Part shown: positions 45,209-55,032 of the stretch, one piece after another
Layout: every line of letters begins with the position of its first letter
How positions within the stretch are numbered: position 1 is the stretch's first letter
Assembly: GCF_000142905.1 (NCBI RefSeq)
Contig: NW_013657649.1
Location: 310,001-374,000 of the forward strand
DNA: 64,000 nucleotides
Direction of reading: 5' to 3'
DNA from: Thecamonas trahens ATCC 50062
Lineage: Eukaryota > Protista > Apusomonadida
Made by a program: the position numbers and the translations under genes
Notes under the pieces: generated by a model
What the model saw: the letters and a program-made list of their open reading frames with translations, nothing else
What the model was told of the DNA's origin: nothing
The model's database searches: none

Positions 45209-47679
45209 ATGGCATCACCGTCGCCGTCACACCCGTCATCGTCGCACCCGCCATCGCCGTCATCGTCTCACGTGCAAGTCCACCCACCGCCGAACCATCC
45301 AAGCATAGCTGAGTCGCTCTATCTTCCGCGCCCGCTGACAGAGCATGTTCTGGAGCGAGTCTTTGCCATGGCTGGCGGTGTGTATTTGGTTGAGGTCGCC
45401 TCGCGCGCGGCTCATGTTCCGAACGATCAGGGCGTCTTTGCATCGCTTCCAAAGCATGTCGACGCCGTGCTTGTAGCCGGTGTGCTCGCGGATACGACAC
45501 AGACACCGGCCTCGGGCACATCGAGCTCGTTCTTCCCCATGTCTGATGATTCGCCTGCGGCGTCGCCGCTGCCGTCGTCAGCATCGGCATCGTCGATCAG
45601 ATCGTCGCCGTCAGACTCGGCTCTGGCGGGCATCCATCGCCGGCCGTCGTCGTCGCCACTCTACGCAGAGTACATTCCGCCGATCTTTGAAGACTCGCCG
45701 GAAAATGCGAGCAGTGGGCAGGCGGCGAGTGAGCTCCCGCTGGCGCGGCCGCTTGAGTTTGGACTGCCTGGGCACGACGGAAGCGACGACGCGGATGACG
45801 ACGACGACGACTTTGTGCTCATCGACTCGGAGTTTGAGGTCGATGCCGGCGAGCTGGTTGCGGCCGAGAGTTCGCCGTCGACCGAGGCAGCGCGTGCGGC
45901 AGCGCGTGCGGCGGCGAGCGGGGCTGTGACGGCCGCGCGGGCTGCGGGTGGCATGCTGTCGGCGGCAGGCGAGTGGATGACAACCATGTACAGCTCGGCG
46001 GTGGCACCGGCTGTGGCGTCGTCAGTCTCGTCGTCGTCAGCAGTGGTGGCGGCGGCGTACGAAGCGGTGCGCAACCCGTTTACTGGGGCGTACACGGCGA
46101 ACGAGAAGCGGCAGATGGCCGGAGTGCTCTCGCTCTACGCCGAGCACGTGCTCGGGCCGAGCAGCGGGGCAGCGGGAGCGAAGAGTTTCCGCTCTGGCTG
46201 CGGATGGACGCCTCGTTTGACCACCCGCACTTTCGTGGTGTCAAGGCCGGCGACGTGCGTAAGGCCGCGTGGATCAAGCGGATGGGCTCTTCGCTACTCC
46301 GGCCGGTGGCAGAAGAGTTTGTCACGCTCATCTGCGCGTACCAGGAAGAGCGGCTGGCGCGAGTGACCGGCTCGGGCTACCCAGACGACCCGACCCACTG
46401 CGTGCTGACCGAACTGAAGGCCTGGGCACGCGACTCGCTCTCGCACATGGCGCCAGGCGATGAGACGCACCAGGTGCTCAGGGCTCGGACCAGATACCTC
46501 AACGGACTGCTCGAGTCACGGCTCTTCCCGCCAGGCCGGACGTCGCGGACGTCGATGGCGCAGCTCCTGCTCTCGCTTGTCTCGCTGCTCGAGGAGCGTG
46601 TGCTGCCTGTGCTTGAGGCGCACGCGGCCAAGGCGGCGGCCCGCGAGCACCTGACCGCGCTTGGGCGGCACGCGTCGGCCTTTCTCCACCGGCTTGTTCT
46701 CTACCTGTTCTACATTGTGCGCGACACGCCGGCGCCGCGCAACGTGGCGGTCGCACACCTGCTAGGCGCCGTGGAGGCGCCAGCGGAACTGGCAGCTGCC
46801 CTCAGCACGGCGTCGGGCGAGGCGCTTGCGCTGCTCCTCGCCGCGCCGCTTGATCGACTCGGGGAAGGTTCCGTCACAGTTCCACGGCAGACGCTGCTCG
46901 CCGCGACGGCCGGGCGGGGTGGAAGAGGCGCGGACGTGCTGGCCACATCGACGCTCACGCCCGGCGGTGACACGTCGGCGCTCGGCCGGATGCCTGTGCT
47001 CGGCGACTCGCCGGCAAGCTCGTCGTCAGACTCGCTGTCGTCGGCGCTGGCGCTTGCGGCGGCGTCCGAGGTTTTGGCGCTCCCGGCACGGACGTCGCCG
47101 ACCGAGTTTGTGGCGACGTGCTCGGCGCGGCACGCGGCACAGGCCGGCATCGAGCTCGGCGTGGCGCACCCGTTTCGTGAGGACGCGGTCATGCACGCGC
47201 TTGCCTTTGTCCACGTCACCGCGCAAGAGTTAGCGCTCCTCGCGCATCTCTTTGCGCGGGCACAGGCACTGACTGGAGCCGGCGGCGAGCTGCTGCTCTA
47301 CGGCCTCGCGCGTGACCAGCTCGAGCGGCTGCTCGACGCCGCGCTGCAGCTGGTCGCGGCGATGGGCGTGCATCTCGAGACGCTCAACACTCACACTCGG
47401 GCATACTCGCGGCGGATGGTCCGCGAGCGGATCAGTGACAAGGCGTCGCTTGCGTGGCGGCAAAACTACGACGAGGTTGCCCACGTCCGGCCGCTCCTCC
47501 AGTCGTCGCTCGATTCGTTTGCTGATGTGGTGGGCACTATGCGCGCTGCGCTCGCTAGCTACAACCTCAGCAGTCAGCTGTCACGGGCGCAGTCGGCGGC
47601 GGCGGCGTTTGTGGCCCAGGCCGAGTCGTTTGTCCACGACACGTCGGTCCTCATCGAATCGGCGGTGTCACCGATGTAG
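45209..47679 (+). CDS. Uncharacterised protein with acidic LIR-like motif and helical C-terminal region; apparent frameshift at ~46166-46169
   Basis: ORFs 45086-46366 and 45973-47679 join by adding one G (…GPSSG-GSGSEEFPLWLRMD…); ATG 45209 (MASPSPSH). Confidence 0.65.
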
Positions 47680-47696
47680 CCTACCTGCGGCGAGAA

Positions 47697-49043
47697 CTAC
47701 TTGCTCATGACGTACTCGGCGTCGCCGTGCTTGGACACGCCGCCGCGGGCGTGGGCAACAAGCCGATAGCCGGTGAGGATGGCAAACTGCTCGAGAGCGT
47801 CTGTGATGGAAAAGGCGCCGCGGGCGTGGCTGATGCTGAACTTGATGTTGGGCGTGTCACGAGCGGTTTCTGCGTTGACTCTTGCAGTGTCCGGGTGGTC
47901 CTTGAGCCAACGGAGGAAGCGGGCGGCGAGCTGCTTGTCGCCAAAGCCGTGGGCGAGGTGGACGGTGATCGTGAGCGTCTTGGCCTTGGCGGTGGCGTAC
48001 ACGGTGAGATACTTGGCGGCCGGGACAAGGATCGACGCGGCCGGGCGGGCGAGCAGCAGCTCGCGGACGGCGTGAACGCCCGCGCGGTTTTTCTTGCCGG
48101 CCACCACCGCAGACTTGGCCACGTACTCGAACGAGACCAGCCGCCATCCGCCGAGCTTGTTCATCAGCTCCAGAAAGCCCATGGCCGAGAACCACTCGAG
48201 CGAATATTCGACGATGCCGCCCGAGTACATCTTGGACTTGGCCGTCCAGTCGTTTTTCTGCAGTGTCACCATAAACTCCTCCTCCGATCCGTGGAACCTG
48301 AACGCCACCTCGGGCTTGAACTGGATCTTGGTTCGGCTCTGATGAATGACCATGATCTGCAGGTAGGTGACCGACTTGGATGTCGAGGTGGAGCGCACAT
48401 GTCGGGGCGCCGCAGCTTGCGGCGAGGACGTCACCAGAGTCGGTGCAGGGCGAACCGGTGCGAGCGCTGGCGCCGGGCGAGGAGGCACGAGCGGAGACGG
48501 CGGATCTTCAACCTGAGCGCCACACGCTGCAAACATGGCATCGAACTCGGTCACCTCTAGCTCATCCGGGACCCATTCTCGCACGCAATCCGATGACGCT
48601 GTCGACGACTCCGACGCATCGGATCCCGAGCTGGATCTCACCGAAGCGGCCCGCTGCGGAGTAGCGCCAGTGCGCGATGGCGGAGGAGATGCGGAGGATG
48701 AGGACGAGGAGGTCGACGAGGATGAAGAAACATGTGGGCGGTGCTCGGGGCGAGGAGGCGCCGGACAATGAGGCGTCTTCCCAGCGATGGCGGGCGTGGC
48801 GGGTGTGGCGGCGTCCGCGGATGACGACGACGATGAGGACATGGATGGCGAAGATGACTCTGACGACGACCGTGCATCGGCCTTGATCTCAAGCGTGTTT
48901 GATGTCGTTTTTCGTTCTGTCGACGAGGACGATGCGGCAGAGGAGTGTGAGCTCGAGCCCGAGTCCGAGTCCGAGCCCGAGTCCGAGTCGTCCGAGAACA
49001 CGGCATAGCTCGCGGTGAGGGTGTTTGCTTGCGGGGTGGACAT
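47697..49043 (-). CDS. Hypothetical protein: Ser/Pro-rich N-terminus plus two related alpha/beta domains
   Basis: ORF 47697-49124; likely start MSTPQANT at 49043, just after a poly-C tract. Confidence 0.6.
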   Translation of the reverse strand: MSTPQANTLTASYAVFSDDSDSGSDSDSGSSSHSSAASSSSTERKTTSNTLEIKADARSSSESSSPSMSSSSSSSADAATPATPAIAGKTPHCPAPPRPEHRPHVSSSSSTSSSSSSASPPPSRTGATPQRAASVRSSSGSDASESSTASSDCVREWVPDELEVTEFDAMFAACGAQVEDPPSPLVPPRPAPALAPVRPAPTLVTSSPQAAAPRHVRSTSTSKSVTYLQIMVIHQSRTKIQFKPEVAFRFHGSEEEFMVTLQKNDWTAKSKMYSGGIVEYSLEWFSAMGFLELMNKLGGWRLVSFEYVAKSAVVAGKKNRAGVHAVRELLLARPAASILVPAAKYLTVYATAKAKTLTITVHLAHGFGDKQLAARFLRWLKDHPDTARVNAETARDTPNIKFSISHARGAFSITDALEQFAILTGYRLVAHARGGVSKHGDAEYVMSK

Positions 49044-49195
49044 GGGTGGCGGTCGTGGTGTGTGGGGGTGGAGGGGGGGGGGGGGGGGGGGGAGGGCGAG
49101 AGCGAGCGAGTCAACTCGATGCACGACAAGCTGGTGGCTGGCTGTTTACGATTCGAAGCGAAAGGGGGAGGGGGGGAGGGCAGGTCAGGATGCGG

Positions 49196-50865
49196 TCAAT
49201 AGCCACCGGCATCGATGACGGCCTCAAGGGCGTCGACGAGCTCGTCGGCGGTGGGACGGTCGGCGGGCTGAAAGGCAAAGCAGGAGTTGAGGAGCTGGCG
49301 GAGGAGGTCAGGCGCACGCTCGGGGACGGGCGGGGCGACGCGCTGGACGGCGAGCTTGGTGGCGATCTGGAAGAGCGAGTCGTCAACAAACGGCGGCTGG
49401 CCGGTGAACATGTGGACGACGGTGGTGGCCCACGACCAGATGTCGCAGGCGGCGGTGAGCTTGCCGTCGAGGAAGCACTCGGGCGCAGCGTAGTTGGGCG
49501 TGCAGGCTTCGTTGCGGGTGGTGGCTAGCTCGCGCGAGGCGGCGTTGGCCACGACGCGGGCAAGGCCAAAGTCGGCGAGGACAAGGGTGTCGGCGGCGGC
49601 ATCGACAAGTACGTTTGCCGGCTTGAGGTCGCGGACGACGATGCCCATGTTGTGCAGGTCGCGGAGGCCGAGCGCAATGTCGAGCGCCGCCGGCACAATG
49701 TCGACCGTCCGCATGCGGTGGCCTGGGCAGCCGTCGATGACGTCGTGGAGGCACCCGTCGTACAGCTTCATGACAAGGCACATCTTGTCTGGCAGCAGCG
49801 CGTAGCCGTAGAGTTTGCAGACATGTGGCGAAGCGTTGGCGAGCGCGAGCGCGTGGATCTCCTTGGTGACCTCGGCCTTGGCAGCTGCGCCGGGTACAGC
49901 CATGACCTTGACCGCCACAGCGGCGCCGGCGTAGGTCCCAAAGTGGATGGCGCCGTAGCCGCCCGAGTCGAACGACTCACCGACGACGAGGTCATCCGGC
50001 GTTATCTCGGCCGCCCATTCGAGGCTCGGCTGGGCATGCAGTAGCGTGCCGGCCTCGCGTAGCGACCGGACAGTCGCCCGCCGCGCGTGGCTGTACGTCA
50101 CCAGCGGATCCGAGTCAGAGCCGGAGCCCGAGTCAGACGCGCGGCTCACGGCGGCCACAGGCTCCTCGCCCGACGCCACCCGCGCTTTGACGCGCCGTAG
50201 CTTGCGCCGGCGGGACCGCCGCTTCTCGGCGTCGGCGTCGGCGTCGGCGTTGACTGCGCGGCCTGCATCCTTGCTCGGCGCGGCCTCGTCGGCCACAGCA
50301 CTCGAGCCGGTTCGCGCAGCCTTGCTCTTGCTCTTGCTCTTGCTCCCACGTTTGGCCTTGCGGCGCTTCTTCTTCTTTCGCCGCACATCAGCGCCTCCGA
50401 GCGCCTCGGCAATGTGCAACAGACCGAGCTCGTTGGCCAGCACCTGCGGGCTCCACTCATCGCGATAGAAGCCGCCGTCAAAGTCAAAGCCGTGGTACAG
50501 CGCCACCTCTCCCGGCGCCAGCACATCGCAGCCGGCTGCCATCAGCGCGCGCACCATCTCGACCTCTCGGCGGAGGACAGCCAGGTGCAGCACGGTGCCC
50601 GAGACAAGGTGATCACAGCCAGCTGCAGTTCGACGAGGCCACAAGTATCACCCCTCAGCCGAGATGGTGAGTCTTCCTCCTCTGTCCTCCACCCGCGCCC
50701 TCCCGCCTTCCATCCTCACTCCCCATCCGTACCGATGTCCGAGGTCAGATCGAATGCGTAGGGTGCAGCCAGTGGCGCAGCCGTGGCCTCACCCGCAGCC
50801 AAGGCTACCACCTCGTCCACACTTCCAGACCGCACAGCAGCTTCAAGAGCCAAAGCAGAGGCCAT
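49196..50865 (-). CDS. Ankyrin-repeat TKL-like protein kinase; intron 50623-50732
   Basis: Exon 1 MASALALEAAVRSGSVDEVVAL…SDI; phase-1 intron GTACGG…GACTCAC…CTGCAG; ankyrin GTVLHLAVLRREVEMVRALMAAGCDV; kinase VAVK, VRDLKPANVL, DFGLAR, TPNYAAPE, DIWS. Confidence 0.88.
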
Positions 50866-52255
50866 GGCCAAGTGTGACGTCTGTGCGTGAGCGAGTGGTA
50901 GTACGTGCGGTGTGTGCTCTTGAGTCTGTGGCCTCCTTGCTCAAAGTGCGACTCGTGCTGGCCCTGCCAAGGGCTTAGGGCTTGGGGCTTGGGGCTTGGG
51001 CGGGGCTTGGGGCGGGGGGCAGCAGGGGGCAGAGAGAGACAGAGAGAGAGAGAGGCAAGGCCTGATCCTCCATTCGTTTGTCTTGCTGCCCTGCCGATAC
51101 CCCTCGATCCGCCCGATCCACCGTTCCACCCATCTTCCCCCCTCCCCCCCCCCCCNNNNNNNNNNNNNNNNNNNNNNNNNNNNNNNNNNNNNNNNNNNNN
51201 NNNNNNNNNNNNNNNNNNNNNNNNNNNNNNNNNNNNNNNNNNNNNNNNNNNNNNNNNNNNNNNNNNNNNNNNNNNNNNNNNNNNNNNNNNNNNNNNNNNN
51301 NNNNNNNNNNNNNNNNNNNNNNNNNNNNNNNNNNNNNNNNNNNNNNNNNNNNNNNNNNNNNNNNNNNNNNNNNNNNNNNNNNNNNNNNNNNNNNNNNNNN
51401 NNNNNNNNNNNNNNNNNNNNNNNNNNNNNNNNNNNNNNNNNNNNNNNNNNNNNNNNNNNNNNNNNNNNNNNNNNNNNNNNNNNNNNNNNNNNNNNNNNNN
51501 NNNNNNNNNNNNNNNNNNNNNNNNNNNNNNNNNNNNNNNNNNNNNNNNNNNNNNNNNNNNNNNNNNNNNNNNNNNNNNNNNNNNNNNNNNNNNNNNNNNN
51601 NNNNNNNNNNNNNNNNNNNNNNNNNNNNNNNNNNNNNNNNNNNNNNNNNNNNNNNNNNNNNNNNNNNNNNNNNNNNNNNNNNNNNNNNNNNNNNNNNNNN
51701 NNNNNNNNNNNNNNNNNNNNNNNNNNNNNNNNNNNNNNNNNNNNNNNNNNNNNNNNNNNNNNNNNNNNNNNNNNNNNNNNNNNNNNNNNNNNNNNNNNNN
51801 NNNNNNNNNNNNNNNNNNNNNNNNNNNNNNNNNNNNNNNNNNNNNNNNNNNNNNNNNNNNNNNNNNNNNNNNNNNNNNNNNNNNNNNNNNNNNNNNNNNN
51901 NNNNNNNNNNNNNNNNNNNNNNNNNNNNNNNNNNNNNNNNNNNNNNNNNNNNNNNNNNNNNNNNNNNNNNNNNNNNNNNNNNNNNNNNNNNNNNNNNNNN
52001 NNNNGCCCTCGCCGACTACCCCTCCGATCCGCCCGACTCCACCCGTTCCCACCCATCTTCCCCTACCCCCCCCCCCCCCCCCCCCCCCCCTCCCCCCCTC
52101 CCTCCCCAGTCAGCCCGATTCCAACCACCAGCCGAACATCGAACACCACCCCACCCCGACCACCCGACCACCCCACCCCACCACTCGACCACCCCCATCC
52201 CGACCACCCGACCACCTCACCCCGACCACCCTATCTTCCGACGACTGCAGGGATC

Positions 52256-53158
52256 ATGTCGTCATCATCCGACACGCCATGGGCACCGAGCCCGGCAGCA
52301 TTCGAGTCGTGCGAGCCAAAGTGGTTGGCGGAGCAAAGGGTCGATGCGTATGGAGAGCGCTCGGTCCGCTTCCAGGAGGTTCTCCTCGTCACGGCTGTTA
52401 TGGCTCCGTTTGTGGCGCTGCTTGCGGCGGTGGATGGCGCCGATGCGAAGATTACCTTGGCGGTCATTGTTCTCACTGTCTTCTACATCATACATGTGGT
52501 CCTTGCCATCATGTGGGCCCGCTCTCGTGCCCGTGTTGTGCTCTTCTTTGAGATCTTTGCCCTGATCTTGTTCTTTGCCATTGCTGTTGCTGTCGTCATC
52601 GCTGTCCTCGAACGCATCATCGTCGACGGGGAGACCGGTATCCAAATCCTCAATCTGTTTCTCTCGCTGCTGGTGGCTGGTGTCTTTGCCGGCGCGTTGT
52701 ACTTTCTCGTGCCCATGCGGCGAATCCTCAACTCCGAGTTCAGGGTTGCGCAAATGGAGGCGCTACGGTCAAGGCGGTCGCGCTCACGGTTGCGTTCCCG
52801 ATCGCGTTCGCGATCGCGTTCGCGGTCGCGTTCCCGATCGCGCCGTCGCTCACCGTCGCTCTCTGACTACACCAGCTCAAACTCAGATTGGTCGCGCGGC
52901 GAGCCACGACACCCCGCCAGGGGCAAGGGCAAGGGCAAGGGCAAGGGCAAGGGTAAGAGCAAGGCATCTGCCGATCTTGACCGCTACACTGTCGACTCGG
53001 AGCAGTCCCTGTCGTCGGCGAGCTCGTCGTCGCCCTCGTCCGACTCGGGCCCGGCACAGGTCCCGGCCGGTACGGGCGGCGGCAAGGGTGGCAAGAAGAG
53101 CAAGGGTGGCAAGGGCGGCGGCAAGGGCAGCAGCGACAGCCGCAAGGCCCAGGTGTAG
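52256..53158 (+). CDS. Four-TM membrane protein with RS-rich and GK-rich basic tail
   Basis: ATG 52256; four hydrophobic segments followed by (RS)n and (GK)n repeats; TAG at 53156-53158. Confidence 0.7.
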   Translation: MSSSSDTPWAPSPAAFESCEPKWLAEQRVDAYGERSVRFQEVLLVTAVMAPFVALLAAVDGADAKITLAVIVLTVFYIIHVVLAIMWARSRARVVLFFEIFALILFFAIAVAVVIAVLERIIVDGETGIQILNLFLSLLVAGVFAGALYFLVPMRRILNSEFRVAQMEALRSRRSRSRLRSRSRSRSRSRSRSRSRRRSPSLSDYTSSNSDWSRGEPRHPARGKGKGKGKGKGKSKASADLDRYTVDSEQSLSSASSSSPSSDSGPAQVPAGTGGGKGGKKSKGGKGGGKGSSDSRKAQV

Positions 53159-53191
53159 AAAAAAGCCCGATATGTTTACGTCTCTATCGAC

Positions 53192-54138
53192 TTAGCCAGT
53201 AATGACGCGGTAGATGCCGTTGGCAGCGGCCGCGAGGCGCTGCATGTTCTGGGCCGCCACCGGGTCGGAGGCGCCGGCGATAAAGGCGATGGTGTTGACC
53301 GACTTGTCCGAGCCGGCCCACGCCTTGGCAGCCGAGATGATGCCGTCGATCGAGGTGTTGGGCTCACCGTCGGTGAGCAGGTAGACGCCGATGCAGTTGG
53401 GGTCATCGAACGCGAGCTGCAGGCCCTTGAGCATGGCGGTCGAACCGCCGGGCGACATGTTGGTCACAAACGAGACAGCCGACGCAATGTTGGCCGTGTT
53501 GACGTCGACAACGCCCTGCTGCCAGGCCGTGGCCGACGATGCAAACTCGACAACGTTAAACTGCTGCTCGTCGGTGAGGACGTCGGTGATGATCTCGGTG
53601 AGCGCGGTGCGAACGGCGGCCATGCGCGAGGTCGAGCGCGAGCCGTGGTCGTACGAAAACGTCGTCGACATCGAGCCCGAGGTGTCGACCACAAAGACAA
53701 TGCGCGGGATGTTGGTCACATCGCCAAAGATGCAGTTGCGGTCCGGCGTGGCCGCCAGAATCTCAAGCGCGTCGCGCTTGTTGAACGTGTTGCTGAACGT
53801 CGCCAGAATCGTCGCGTTGTTCGCCTTCTTGTCCACAATCATCGGCGAGAGCACCTTGAGTACGTCGAGCGAGTTCAGCTCCGACGAGAAGACATGGAGC
53901 ACGTCAACAGCATCGTCGCACGTCAAGTCGAGCACGTTCGACGAAATGGCGGTGAGCACGTCAATGGCCACGAGCGAGTTGGGGAACGCCGTCATCAGCT
54001 GAGCCGTCTGCTGGCCGCTAAAGCCGGGATGGTTGGCCGCGACAAACTTCTCCACCATGTCCTGACGATCGAATGAGCTGGAAGTCGACGTCAGGTTCGA
54101 CATCAGCTCCGAAAAGGTGGCGTCGTTAACGCCGCCAT
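53192..54138 (-). CDS. DUF4476/PROSER1-N-like domain fused to vWA domain (VWA3-like); 5' exon probably in gap
   Basis: vWA MIDAS FVVDTSGSM…GGSTAM…YLLTDGEP; N-terminal VNDATFSELMSNL…FSGQQTAQLMTAF…LDVLKVLSPMIVDK…ILATFS resembles DUF4476. Acceptor CACTCAC…CGCAG ends at 54139. Confidence 0.75.
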
Positions 54139-55032
54139 CTGCGCGGTCGAGGTGAGTGGCTGTGAAAAAAAAACCTCCACACGGACACAAATCCGATATC
54201 ACGTGCGGACTCTGCCGACTTGAACGTGGAGCTGTAGAAGGGGACAGGAGGGAACAGATAGAGAGAGAGGAAAGAGAGGGCATGCTGGGGATGCCTACAA
54301 TGAGCATTGGCATGCAAATGTGTGGGTGGTCGTCGTGGGGAGCGGTAATGGAGGGCAGCGGGGAGGGAGACGGCAATAATGCGCATGTGCCACCCATGAT
54401 TCACGAAGGTGGGGATCAATGCCGCCCCCTCCCCCCCCCNNNNNNNNNNNNNNNNNNNNNNNNNNNNNNNNNNNNNNNNNNNNNNNNNNNNNNNNNNNNN
54501 NNNNNNNNNNNNNNNNNNNNNNNNNNNNNNNNNNNNNNNNNNNNNNNNNNNNNNNNNNNNNNNNNNNNNNNNNNNNNNNNNNNNNNNNNNNNNNNNNNNN
54601 NNNNNNNNNNNNNNNNNNNNNNNNNNNNNNNNNNNNNNNNNNNNNNNNNNNNNNNNNNNNNNNNNNNNNNNNNNNNNNNNNNNNNNNNNNNNNNNNNNNN
54701 NNNNNNNNNNNNNNNNNNNNNNNNNNNNNNNNNNNNNNNNNNNNNNNNNNNNNNNNNNNNNNNNNNNNNNNNNNNNNNNNNNNNNNNNNNNNNNNNNNNN
54801 NNNNNNNNNNNNNNNNNNNNNNNNNNNNNNNNNNNNNNNNNNNNNNNNNNNNNNNNNNNNNNNNNNNNNNNNNNNNNNNNNNNNNNNNNNNNNNNNNNNN
54901 NNNNNNCGACCCCCCCCCCTCCCCCCCCCACACTCCCCACACTCCTCGCACTCACCCCACTCCACAGGAGCAGACCGAGCTGTATAGTGCTTGCACTACG
55001 CCTCCTCCCTCCTCCTCTCCCACACACGGACC

